From the IMG/VR virus record IMGVR_UViG_3300046170_000524: a stretch of 64,000 nucleotides of DNA. One strand, 5' to 3'. Each line of letters starts with the position of its first letter. Within the stretch, counting starts at the first letter, position 1. Below the pieces are notes generated by a model. That model was not told the DNA's origin, ran no database searches, and saw nothing but the letters and a program-made list of their open reading frames with translations. Source of the stretch: a virus. The position numbers were made by a program, and so were the translations under genes. Below, one piece after another: positions 18,726 through 27,873 of the stretch.

Positions 18726-19721
18726 ATGAAAAAAATTTTAAGTTTTTCCAGCAGTATAAAAAAAGACTCGATCATTTGTCTTTGTCCAATGCGCAATGAA
18801 GAGCATATTTTACATAGCTTCCTAGACCACTATTATTCGCACGGAGTCTCTCATTTTGTTTTTTTTGACAATTTATCTGATGATAATACAATTAATATAC
18901 TAAAAGATTTAAGCTCAAAATATAATATTGAAGCTTATATATGCGAAGAATCTTTTATTGCTTCCAAATGGGGTAGCAATTGGGCTAATGATTTTATGCA
19001 AAAATATTGCATTGATAATTGGTGCATCACTATTGATGCTGATGAATTTTTTATGCCAAAAAATAACCAAAAGATAATAGATTTAATCAGCAATCTTGAA
19101 GCACGTAAATTAAATTCTGCGAGATCAATACTCGTAGATATGTATCCAAAAAACTTAAATTCTGTACATAACCAAACTATAGAAAGTTCTTGTTTTTTTG
19201 ATCGGTTTAATGAAATATATTACAAAGATGGCTACAGCGATTTTGGTCAAAAATATGTCATGGGAGGACTTAGAAAAAGAGTTTATGATTCGTTTAATAT
19301 GATCAGTAAATGCAGTTTATTCAAAAACGAATTTTATTTATCTCACCATGTTAGCGGGGGATGGCACTGGATCAAACCTTTATCTGAATTTTACAACTTC
19401 TATCTTAATAATATAGCCATAGCACCAGTTTCATCAACATCATATTTTGATAAAAAATCTTACCTTGAAGCCGTTAAAAAAAGCTTAGAGACCGTTAGAG
19501 ATACAGAAGCATTTTGCGCTCTTTTGCATTATAAATTTTTAAGAAAAGATATCTACGCATTTTTCCAAGAAAGAGTTGAAAGAAATCAAGATTGGAATGA
19601 TAGCGAAGAATATAAAAATTATATTTCTCAAAAAGAAACATCATTTTTTCATGAGAGATACAGCGTAGATTCTTCTGATAATATCAATTTAGTATATAGC
19701 GAATTAATTGATAAATTATGA
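18726..19721 (+). CDS. GT2-like glycosyltransferase
   Basis: MRNEEHIL..FLDHY...GV.HF.FFDNLSDD, WCITIDADEF, LLHYKF. Confidence 0.8.
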   Translation: MKKILSFSSSIKKDSIICLCPMRNEEHILHSFLDHYYSHGVSHFVFFDNLSDDNTINILKDLSSKYNIEAYICEESFIASKWGSNWANDFMQKYCIDNWCITIDADEFFMPKNNQKIIDLISNLEARKLNSARSILVDMYPKNLNSVHNQTIESSCFFDRFNEIYYKDGYSDFGQKYVMGGLRKRVYDSFNMISKCSLFKNEFYLSHHVSGGWHWIKPLSEFYNFYLNNIAIAPVSSTSYFDKKSYLEAVKKSLETVRDTEAFCALLHYKFLRKDIYAFFQERVERNQDWNDSEEYKNYISQKETSFFHERYSVDSSDNINLVYSELIDKL

Positions 19722-20440
19722 AAGCATACATGATAACATACATGAAATCCAAAGAGAGGGTTGAAAACTTTAAGCTGGCCAAGACTTTGTCTGATGGTAA
19801 TTTAAATTTATTTGAAGCGGTAGACGGACTTGAAAACTATGAATCTTTATGTGAATTTGATCGCAAGCATCATTTTCACACAGATTTTTACAAAGATAAA
19901 TGGAAAAACATGCCTGGAAAATTAGGTTGCAATTTATCTTATTCAGTTTTATTTAGCAAAATACTCAAAGAAGATCTCAAAGAAAATTGGTTTTTAATAT
20001 TAGAAGACGATGCTGGAGTAAAAAAAGGCTTTATCGAAGAAGCTGAATTAATTGCCGAAAAAGCCGATTCAATAGGCACTCATTTTGTACGGCTTCATGT
20101 GGGAGAAGGAAAAGGGTTTTGGCCAGAAGACACAGGTTATTGGAATTTTTCGAAATCGCAACAGTTTAATGAAGCTTTTTTAGTAGGTCACAATTTTTAT
20201 AAAATGATTCCGCAGTGGTACACTACCGCCCAATTAATTAACAAGGAGGGGATTAGAAGATTGCTTGAAGTTCGCCCTTGGAATGAAAACATTGATTTGC
20301 TATTAAATAGCTTTTCGCATCTTATTTTCGCAACGGCATACCCCTCTGAAAGTTTTTTCTCAAAAGGAAGTTGTGGAGTCGAAGATGATCAAAGCGAAAT
20401 GGGAAGTGTAATCTATGAAAACCAAACTTTTTTATCATGA
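19718..20440 (+). CDS. glycosyltransferase family 25
   Basis: FEAVDG, GKLGCNLS, LILEDD, TTAQLIN.EG..RLL. Confidence 0.8.
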   Translation: MKAYMITYMKSKERVENFKLAKTLSDGNLNLFEAVDGLENYESLCEFDRKHHFHTDFYKDKWKNMPGKLGCNLSYSVLFSKILKEDLKENWFLILEDDAGVKKGFIEEAELIAEKADSIGTHFVRLHVGEGKGFWPEDTGYWNFSKSQQFNEAFLVGHNFYKMIPQWYTTAQLINKEGIRRLLEVRPWNENIDLLLNSFSHLIFATAYPSESFFSKGSCGVEDDQSEMGSVIYENQTFLS

Positions 20441-21153
20441 TAATATCACACTCAAAAAAATTTATTTTTATACATATTCCAAAATGCGCAGGCACATCAA
20501 TTAGAAAAAAAATAGAAAACCATTTCCATAAAAACGGAATGCTCGAAATGGAAGATTTAATTTCTTTTAAAGTGGGATATGACGAGCTACCTATATCAGG
20601 CACTTCGGCAAACTGGGAAATAATACATGATTATACAGAAGATCAGTTAAGGCTGTATGAAGAATTTCATCAACATAGCACCTTTTCTTTAGTAGAGTCT
20701 GTTTTTAATAGGGAAAAAATTAACTTAGACGAGTATTTTAAGTTTGCATTTTGCAGAAACCCTTGGGACAGAAAAGTATCTCAATATTTTTTTGGTAGAC
20801 AGCAAGCGGAAAAAGGACACGAATGGGCAGTGTCGAACAAAAATCTTCAAAAACCATTTAAACATTTTGCTTCGAGAGCTGAAAACTGGGGAAAATTTAG
20901 AGATGGGCAGCATCAGTGGGTTTTAAATAAAGAAGGTAAATTAGGCTTAGACTTTATCGGCAAATCAGAAAATCTTCAGCAAGATTTTAATTATGTTTGC
21001 GAAAAAATAGGCTTGCCTCAGATGGAGTTGCCGCATTCTAATAAATCTAAACACAAACATTACACAGAGTACTATGACGAGGAAGCTAAAAATTCGTTCG
21101 CCAAAAACTACTCAAAAGACATTGAATTTTTTAATTACAAATTTGGAGAATGA
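20437..21153 (+). CDS. sulfotransferase (Sulfotransfer_2-like)
   Basis: 5'-PSB FIHIPKCAGTS; 3'-PB FCRNPWDRKVSQY; FIGKSENLQQDF. Confidence 0.88.
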   Translation: MIISHSKKFIFIHIPKCAGTSIRKKIENHFHKNGMLEMEDLISFKVGYDELPISGTSANWEIIHDYTEDQLRLYEEFHQHSTFSLVESVFNREKINLDEYFKFAFCRNPWDRKVSQYFFGRQQAEKGHEWAVSNKNLQKPFKHFASRAENWGKFRDGQHQWVLNKEGKLGLDFIGKSENLQQDFNYVCEKIGLPQMELPHSNKSKHKHYTEYYDEEAKNSFAKNYSKDIEFFNYKFGE

Positions 21154-21154
21154 A

Positions 21155-22138
21155 ATGTCATACATCGATCAAGCTGTTAAATTTCGGATGGGAAAGTGGC
21201 ATTTTCAAAAATATCCATCTAATTTAGAGCTTGACTGGGAAGATTATTCTTTATTTAGCCCCGACGACCAAAGATTTTTGTATTGGATAGAGAAATGTAA
21301 ATTTTTTGAAATCAAAAAAAACCCCGGTTTAATTTTAGATTCGAGAGATCACTTGAATGAAAAAAATCTAGAGTTAAGGATTAATCGATTACAGAAAAAT
21401 CATCATCTCAACCTTAAAAAATATCCATACGTATCTCACAATCGCCCTGCTGACAAAGATTATTCTATACTATGGTCTCTGAGCCAAACGCACGAAAGAA
21501 TAGTATCGAAATGGCAAGATCACTATAATTTTGAAGATAAAAAAGACGAAATCGTATGGAGGGGAGTCGCATCAGGGTTAGACCGCCAACTTAATCGCGT
21601 TGGTAAATTTTCTGATTTTAATAAAAGCATTAAAGAAGTTCAAAGGTTCATTTTTGTCAACAAATTTTCAAAAAAATATAATATAAAATTCGTTGACTTC
21701 CCCTTGAAATTTAAAAATAAATTTACTAAAGATAGATTGCAGGATTTTGATTTATTTCTTAAAAATAATCCTCACGCATTGGGCGAACAATTATCGTGGG
21801 CTCAAGATATTTGCTCTTATAAATACATACTAAACCTAGAAGGCTATGATTGGCCCTCTAGCTTATGCAAATCCTTACGGTCTAACAGTGTAACTATTGC
21901 AACGACCCCTAAGTGGCATAATATTTTACATTTTAAGCTTGAACCATGGGAGCACTATATTCCAATCAAAGATGATGGGTCGGACCTAGAGAATAAACTC
22001 GCATGGTGTAAATCCAATAACAAAGAATGTAAGAAAATCTCTGACAGGGCAAGTCTTTATATGTCTCAGTTTACCGAGGTCTCTGAAACTGAAATACAAA
22101 AAAAAATATTCAAAAAACTTCATGAAAACAGAATATAG
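21155..22138 (+). CDS. GT90 / CAP10-like glycosyltransferase
   Basis: IVWRG, YKYILNLEG, L.SNSV, LEPWEHYIPIK.D.SDL..K..WC. Confidence 0.8.
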   Translation: MSYIDQAVKFRMGKWHFQKYPSNLELDWEDYSLFSPDDQRFLYWIEKCKFFEIKKNPGLILDSRDHLNEKNLELRINRLQKNHHLNLKKYPYVSHNRPADKDYSILWSLSQTHERIVSKWQDHYNFEDKKDEIVWRGVASGLDRQLNRVGKFSDFNKSIKEVQRFIFVNKFSKKYNIKFVDFPLKFKNKFTKDRLQDFDLFLKNNPHALGEQLSWAQDICSYKYILNLEGYDWPSSLCKSLRSNSVTIATTPKWHNILHFKLEPWEHYIPIKDDGSDLENKLAWCKSNNKECKKISDRASLYMSQFTEVSETEIQKKIFKKLHENRI

Positions 22139-22754
22139 TCCTAATAAATTTCTTTTTATACATCTTCCAAAATGCGGAGGAATGTCGATGGAGCAGATCT
22201 GCAGAGATAATGGAATACTAATTGACCCAAGAAACGCAGACACTAAATATTTAAATGAAAAGTTTAATACTGATGTATATTGTAGCTTTGAGGACCAAAA
22301 AAAATTAAGTTTTTCTTTTTCTTTCGCAAGAAATCCATACGACAGGGTGGTTTCAGCCTGGAAATGCCCATGGGTTAGCGGAAAAAAAATATCTCAAAAT
22401 AATTTTAAAAATGAATTTCATGATTTTCGTGATTTCGTTTTTAATTTTTTACCTAATGAACACGACTTTTCTTTTTTTAGATGGTCTCATGTTATGCCTT
22501 TCACAGACCCAAGGTTCGCAATTTTTGACGATAAACAAGAACTTCAATTAAGTTTCTTGGGAAAACTGGAGACATATCAAGAAGATTTTGATTTCGTGTG
22601 TGATTCTATTAATATAAAAAAACAAAACTTACCTCATAAAAATAAAACTAATCATAAAAAATATACTGAATATTATGATGACGAAACTCGTCAAATCGTT
22701 GCGGAAAAATACGCAAAAGACATTGAGTATTTTGGGTACAAATTTGCGGAATAA
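22122..22754 (+). CDS. sulfotransferase (Sulfotransfer_2-like), paralog of 20437-21153
   Basis: FIHLPKCGGMS, FARNPYDRVVSAW; C-terminus KKYTEYYD...KDIEYFGYKF shared with paralog. Confidence 0.88.
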   Translation: MKTEYSPNKFLFIHLPKCGGMSMEQICRDNGILIDPRNADTKYLNEKFNTDVYCSFEDQKKLSFSFSFARNPYDRVVSAWKCPWVSGKKISQNNFKNEFHDFRDFVFNFLPNEHDFSFFRWSHVMPFTDPRFAIFDDKQELQLSFLGKLETYQEDFDFVCDSINIKKQNLPHKNKTNHKKYTEYYDDETRQIVAEKYAKDIEYFGYKFAE

Positions 22755-22763
22755 TTATTGAGC

Positions 22764-23567
22764 TTATTCTGGTCTTTTGCCTAAAGGTTTTCCATCTTGA
22801 CCAATTTGACCATCCCTGATCTTGGTGGCAGACACTTCTTGTAATTCTTTACTTAGCTCTAGTTGTTCGATATTATAACCAACACCTCTTCCATAAAATA
22901 CATCCATAATATTAGGCAGTTCAACAACCTTAATTTTGTTTCCGAATTCGATACAAGCAGAATGTATTTCTTTTTTGACTTTTTCAAAATCATAGGGATT
23001 ACTATCATCAATTCCTCCAACATCTCTTAATGCAATACAGCATTGCCCTGTTCTTTTAATTGCTTCCGCAACAAGGCTTTTGTGCCCAATATGAAATGGC
23101 TGATATCTACCTATGAGCAATGCAGTTGGAGCTTGGTTATCCCACGCTTCAGTTTCATTTAATTTACCAACAACTTTACTAACCCACTCTTCTGGAGTTC
23201 CATCTATTAATCTCAGGTCATAGTTCAAAGGCTTTTCAAACATCTTGTTTGTATCTTCATATCTACCTTCTTGAATTCTATCTACCCATATTGTAAAATC
23301 TGCATTAAATGCCTTCCTAGTTTCTTGGGTTGGACACACAAAATCCGCAATCACATAATTACCTCCCATTTTTGCCCAGTCACACAACTTGCTCATTCTT
23401 TTTGCATGAGAAAGCCGATCCTCTTCCGAGAAACCCAGTTCCGAATAGATGTCCTGCCTTACAGCATCTGCATTAAACCAAGCGGCGTTTAACTTGGCAA
23501 CGAGCTTTTCAGCTAGTGTCGTCTTTCCTGATCCAGGAAGTCCCATTATAAGAATTTTTCTTTTCAT
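22764..23567 (-). CDS. cysC: adenylyl-sulfate (APS) kinase fused to a HIGH-motif nucleotidyltransferase
   Basis: MGLPGSGKTT, NADAVR, GFSEEDR, ADFVCP, YEDT...FEKP; C-terminal GRYQPFHIGH...SATKIR. Confidence 0.8.
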   Translation of the reverse strand: MKRKILIMGLPGSGKTTLAEKLVAKLNAAWFNADAVRQDIYSELGFSEEDRLSHAKRMSKLCDWAKMGGNYVIADFVCPTQETRKAFNADFTIWVDRIQEGRYEDTNKMFEKPLNYDLRLIDGTPEEWVSKVVGKLNETEAWDNQAPTALLIGRYQPFHIGHKSLVAEAIKRTGQCCIALRDVGGIDDSNPYDFEKVKKEIHSACIEFGNKIKVVELPNIMDVFYGRGVGYNIEQLELSKELQEVSATKIRDGQIGQDGKPLGKRPE

Positions 23568-23590
23568 ATTTTTTTAGTACACAATTTCGA

Positions 23591-23950
23591 TTAAGTTAAA
23601 TAAGTTAATTTTAATTTTTCACATATCGCTATTTTTTCAGCCTTAGACAATAAACGATATTGATTTTGCGCATATTCATTTATCCTCATTTCTCTTTTTT
23701 CGGGAGATCCATTCACCCAATCTAAAACTAAAGAATGATTAATATTATCAATTAAATAATTTATTATTTCTTTTTCTAGTAATTGGCTATAAATTTCAAT
23801 TCTTTCTTTTGTAGACATACCTTCGTATTTCATTTTTGCCTCTAACATACATCCTGTCCTCTTCAAAATTTCTGACGGAACTTGTGAAGCCACAACGCAT
23901 TCTTGATACAAATAATCAAGCACCATTTGACGCTCTTTTCTTTTTAGCAT
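23591..23950 (-). CDS. hypothetical protein
   Basis: GTGTATATA motif 14 nt upstream of the ATG. Confidence 0.6.
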   Translation of the reverse strand: MLKRKERQMVLDYLYQECVVASQVPSEILKRTGCMLEAKMKYEGMSTKERIEIYSQLLEKEIINYLIDNINHSLVLDWVNGSPEKREMRINEYAQNQYRLLSKAEKIAICEKLKLTYLT

Positions 23951-24002
23951 ACATATATATACACCCCGAAAACCGCTATTTATGCAGGTTTGATAAATTT
24001 TC

Positions 24003-24031
24003 TTGACATACTATTCCGTAAATGATATGAT
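24003..24031 (+). promoter_or_regulatory. sigma70-type promoter, leaderless
   Basis: TTGACA-17-TATGAT; ATG at 24038. Confidence 0.8.
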
Positions 24032-24037
24032 AAAATC

Positions 24038-24298
24038 ATGTTTGACGATGGTATAGCAAATGAATTTGAAGAAGCTCATCAAAAAGGATTGAATCGCGGA
24101 TTTGATCTTGGATGGAGTTATAAAGGTCAATTTGATCGTTCAATTATTCGTGGACACTTGGAGAAATTAGAGAAACAACATAAGAAACTTTCTAATCCAG
24201 AAGCTAAATTAAGAATCTTATCGCAAAAAGATGTTCTGCGCCAAGCTTTAAGGGAAATGGAGAATCATCCCTGTAATAAAGAAAGAAGGTATAAATGA
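24038..24298 (+). CDS. hypothetical protein
   Basis: Follows promoter. Confidence 0.6.
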   Translation: MFDDGIANEFEEAHQKGLNRGFDLGWSYKGQFDRSIIRGHLEKLEKQHKKLSNPEAKLRILSQKDVLRQALREMENHPCNKERRYK

Positions 24299-24477
24299 AC
24301 AATTATAAGCTAGATATTTCAAAAGAAGAATGGATAGAAGCTTATACCCAAGAATGGATTTTGGAATGGTGCGCAAAGAATCATCCTGAGATTTTTGAGA
24401 AAGCAAAGCAGAGCTTATCTGAAATTTATGACGAAAAAGAGTGTATACTAGATAAACCTAGTATTGCTCATGAATGA
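24295..24477 (+). CDS. hypothetical protein
   Basis: Overlapping operon ORF. Confidence 0.55.
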   Translation: MNNYKLDISKEEWIEAYTQEWILEWCAKNHPEIFEKAKQSLSEIYDEKECILDKPSIAHE

Positions 24478-24667
24478 AAAACAACTTCAATTTGAAATAA
24501 TAAAACGCGACAGACAAATTCAAGATTTGTATGTATTAATAGACACGCTTCAAACAAACCTTCGATCAGCTTCTAATTTATTAGACAAAGAAAACAAAGA
24601 TAAAATAGTTAATGTACAAAGTTATAAATGGTGCATGAATTGGAAAGCTGGAGACGAAAAGTTATAA
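24470..24667 (+). CDS. hypothetical coiled-coil protein
   Basis: Overlapping operon ORF. Confidence 0.55.
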   Translation: MNEKQLQFEIIKRDRQIQDLYVLIDTLQTNLRSASNLLDKENKDKIVNVQSYKWCMNWKAGDEKL

Positions 24668-24678
24668 TCCTTTAACAA

Positions 24679-24771
24679 GGAGAGATGGCTGAGCTGGTTT
24701 AAGGCGGTGGTTTGCTAAACCATTGAAGGGATATTACCCTTCCGCAGGTTCGAATCCTGTTCTCTCCGCCA
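24679..24771 (+). tRNA. tRNA-Ser(GCT)
   Basis: Acceptor GGAGAGA/TCTCTCC, discriminator G plus CCA, anticodon loop TT-GCT-AA, long variable arm, T-loop TTCGAAT. Confidence 0.95.
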
Positions 24772-24866
24772 TTTTATCTTGACTTTATAAACATAATGTG
24801 TTAGTATTCATTCATGGATAAAGAATCAGATCTATCTTATGTTAAAGAATTCAACCCGACATCCCT

Positions 24867-25364
24867 ATGAGTGCAAAAAAAAAATTTAAAAAAGTAGCTA
24901 AGTTTCGTAAATTGCGTAAAAATATTTGCAACAGCTTCAAAAAGGAATTGATCAGCATAAAAAACGATGGAGACAAAAGTTTATTAATGCATCGACTGAA
25001 ACAAATGTCAGACCATGTAATCTGCAAACTTAAACCTGAAACCATCAGAAAAAACAGAAGAAAGTTTCATTTATTAATGTATTCAGATCAAAAATGTTTC
25101 TATACTAGAAAGATTCGTTCACTTCCAACTCGGGCGCTCAAAAAACAAAATTGCTTTGTATGTGAAGAAAAATCAACAGAGATACATCATATAATTCAGA
25201 TTCAAAACGGAGGTCCACCTGCAGAAGTTAATAATCTTATACCAATTTGCTCTTCTTGCCATCAAAAAATTCATCCTTGGATGTCTAAAAGTTTACCGCG
25301 AATAGATGGATTAAAACATGCGTCAGAGATAATTCCAGAAGAAATATCTAACTTATTGAATTGA
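24867..25364 (+). CDS. HNH endonuclease
   Basis: CFVC...EIHHII...GG...NNLIPICSSCHQKIH. Confidence 0.85.
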   Translation: MSAKKKFKKVAKFRKLRKNICNSFKKELISIKNDGDKSLLMHRLKQMSDHVICKLKPETIRKNRRKFHLLMYSDQKCFYTRKIRSLPTRALKKQNCFVCEEKSTEIHHIIQIQNGGPPAEVNNLIPICSSCHQKIHPWMSKSLPRIDGLKHASEIIPEEISNLLN

Positions 25365-25395
25365 CAATATTTTAAAAATTTATTAAACTTTAATT

Positions 25396-25701
25396 ATGAC
25401 TAAAGAAAAAGATCCATTTCACGACGAAGAGATTGACTCGGCTTGCCCAATTACAAATAAACAAGTAATTGATGATTGCCATATTAAAATTGAGTTTGGA
25501 TATGGTAGTGATTTAGATATGACGACTTATAGTTTTTCTCCTGTTCACGACGAAGTCGGCAAGAAAGTTTTAGATTACATACAATTACTCATGCCAAAAG
25601 GACACTCCATAGATGAATTCGGCAATAATATGATGGATGAAGATTTTGATTGGGGTGAATGGTCGGAAGAAGACAAACGCAACCACGGATTAATAGATTG
25701 A
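25396..25701 (+). CDS. acidic hypothetical protein
   Basis: Preceded by TTGACA(25361)-17-TAAACT, ATG 6 nt later. Confidence 0.6.
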   Translation: MTKEKDPFHDEEIDSACPITNKQVIDDCHIKIEFGYGSDLDMTTYSFSPVHDEVGKKVLDYIQLLMPKGHSIDEFGNNMMDEDFDWGEWSEEDKRNHGLID

Positions 25702-25874
25702 GACCTTGGAGAAATGTAAACGCTTTAGGCAAAGTATGCATTATATTTTGCGTAATTAATATGTTTTTAGCTATAAAATTAGCATTAATACCAAGTTATT
25801 TATGTTTATTTCAATTTTTTTTCGCAGCCACTTGCGGATTAGGAACTTATTCAAACAAATGTCAAAAAGAGTAG
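25698..25874 (+). CDS. small membrane protein
   Basis: Two hydrophobic segments; TTG start overlapping the previous stop. Confidence 0.45.
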   Translation: MRPWRNVNALGKVCIIFCVINMFLAIKLALIPSYLCLFQFFFAATCGLGTYSNKCQKE

Positions 25875-26398
25875 AAAAAAGACACAATGGAAATACTTTA
25901 TTTCGAGGGCATAGTATGCTCAACGGCTTAATAAAAGATTTACTTGCATACTTTCAATCTGCCTCTTGGACAGATGAAGATGAATCAACTAAGTTAAAAA
26001 TATTTTCAAATATAATTAAACCCAATAAATGTTGGTATTGTGGAGTTAAGGATCAAAGAGATATGGATCACTTTATGCCAACGAATGGAAGATTATTTGA
26101 CCCCCCTATGTTTGGTTTAGAGCATCAAGGAAACATCATTCCTTCTTGCAAGTCTTGCAACGCAAACAAAAGCAATAAGCATCCTATCGCTTGGCTTAAA
26201 CGGGGCATCGTAACTAAAGGTAAGGAATTTACATTCCCTAAAAAAAGAGTCGCGGCGTTTGAATTATTTTTCGATACATTTGAAAATAAACTCGTTGCAG
26301 ATAAAGATCTAACAGATATAATAGTTAATCAAGCAATACCGAAATGTGAGGCACAAACAAGAGAATTAGCTAATTTTGAAGAATGGATTCAACTATAA
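25859..26398 (+). CDS. HNH endonuclease
   Basis: CWYCG...DMDHFMP...GNIIPSCKSCNANKSNK. Confidence 0.85.
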   Translation: MSKRVEKRHNGNTLFRGHSMLNGLIKDLLAYFQSASWTDEDESTKLKIFSNIIKPNKCWYCGVKDQRDMDHFMPTNGRLFDPPMFGLEHQGNIIPSCKSCNANKSNKHPIAWLKRGIVTKGKEFTFPKKRVAAFELFFDTFENKLVADKDLTDIIVNQAIPKCEAQTRELANFEEWIQL

Positions 26399-26413
26399 AG
26401 TGTATTTTAAATC

Positions 26414-26710
26414 ATGTGGAATTATAGAATAATTAAAGATAAAGATACTTATGGTCTTTATGAGGTCATGTATAATGATAATGGAGAAATTTTCGCACAT
26501 ACCGAAGAGCCTGAAATCGTTGGTGAAGACCCTAAAGATTTACTCGACACTTTGGAATTAATGATTTCTGATGTAAATAAACACATTATTGATGGCAAAG
26601 AAATACTTGAAATAGATAAAATAAAATTCGCTAAACCATGCGAAGATTATGACAAAGGCGAAGAAGTAACATTTGAAGAATTAGAAAATATATTAAAGGA
26701 TTTAGAATAA
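26414..26710 (+). CDS. conserved phage hypothetical protein
   Basis: MWNYRII...LYEV.Y...G.I; GTGTA motif 14 nt upstream (26400). Confidence 0.6.
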   Translation: MWNYRIIKDKDTYGLYEVMYNDNGEIFAHTEEPEIVGEDPKDLLDTLELMISDVNKHIIDGKEILEIDKIKFAKPCEDYDKGEEVTFEELENILKDLE

Positions 26711-26712
26711 TT

Positions 26713-27243
26713 ATGGCAGGAATACGCACAGATAAAGAAAAATTAAATCGCACACTAGAAATTCTAGCGAATATTTTACGTGAAGAGAATATAAATGATT
26801 GGTTTATATTTTTTGGGACATTGCTTGGAATTATTCGAGAAGATAGCTGCATAGAGGGTGATGACGATTTAGATATCATGATTAATTGCGATTATCAACA
26901 ATTAAGGAATGTATTCGAGAAAAGGGGTTTCGTCTTCATGCAGGGTAAGTATGGGATTAAAAACCCTGATAAGATATTAAAAAGTGAACCAACGCAAGAA
27001 TTTGGATCAATTGATTTTTATATGTGCAATGTCAATGAATTGGGTGACTTCCATACGCCTTGGCATGGAGTAATCGCAACCAATTCTTATATTGATATTA
27101 ATCAGAAATCACTCGAAAAGCTTGCTTGGAACAACACTGCTTTAAACATTCCCAATAATTATAAAGAAAAGCTTACTAATATGTATGGTGATTGGAAAAC
27201 CCCACAATCAAAAAGTTGCAAAATGCATATAGGGAAAGTATAA
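26713..27243 (+). CDS. LicD-family nucleotidyltransferase
   Basis: FIFFGTLLGIIRE..CIEGDDDLDI. Confidence 0.75.
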   Translation: MAGIRTDKEKLNRTLEILANILREENINDWFIFFGTLLGIIREDSCIEGDDDLDIMINCDYQQLRNVFEKRGFVFMQGKYGIKNPDKILKSEPTQEFGSIDFYMCNVNELGDFHTPWHGVIATNSYIDINQKSLEKLAWNNTALNIPNNYKEKLTNMYGDWKTPQSKSCKMHIGKV

Positions 27244-27244
27244 A

Positions 27245-27871
27245 ATGGACAAACAATACTGGGACACATTTTACAAAAACTACGCAAATAGAGATGACAT
27301 TTCAGAATGTAGTACATTTGCAAGTTTTTGCTGTGATAATTTTTTAAACAAAGAACCAAAAACAATCACAGATCTTGGCTGCGGTAACGCTAGAGACGCT
27401 AAACATTTTGCGAGAAATCATTTAGTATATGGCATAGATCAAAGTATCGACGATCAAGTTATAAATAGAAACAGATTGCCATCATTAAAGTTAATAGAAC
27501 AAGATTTTGTTCGCGATGAATATAATTTTAGTGAAAAAGTAGATGTTTTTTATTCTAGATTTACAATTCATTCAATAACAGAGGAAGACCAGAAAGAATT
27601 ATTGCCTAAAGTTTATAATTATTTGAACTCAGGGGGATTGTTCTGCATTGAAGTTCGCACCACCAAAGATACAAAATTTGGAGTTGGCAAGCATATATGT
27701 GACACAACATATTTTAATGATGGGCACACTCGTAGATTCGTAGATTCACAAAAGTTTTTAAATACAGTTCTATCTCTTGGATTTAAATTGCTTTATTTCA
27801 ACGAGCAAGATAATTTGTCTATTTACAAAGACGACAACCCTGTATTAATGAGAATAATTTTAGAGAAATAA
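27245..27871 (+). CDS. class I SAM-dependent methyltransferase
   Basis: ITDLGCGNARDA, YGIDQS, FYSRFTIHSI, LNSGGLFCIE. Confidence 0.88.
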   Translation: MDKQYWDTFYKNYANRDDISECSTFASFCCDNFLNKEPKTITDLGCGNARDAKHFARNHLVYGIDQSIDDQVINRNRLPSLKLIEQDFVRDEYNFSEKVDVFYSRFTIHSITEEDQKELLPKVYNYLNSGGLFCIEVRTTKDTKFGVGKHICDTTYFNDGHTRRFVDSQKFLNTVLSLGFKLLYFNEQDNLSIYKDDNPVLMRIILEK

Positions 27872-27873
27872 TA

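Noticed and set aside
27245-27871. Methyltransferase as the DNA methylase protecting against the orphan nucleases
   Set aside because: No DPPY/NPPY or PCQ motif; context is a sugar-modification operon.
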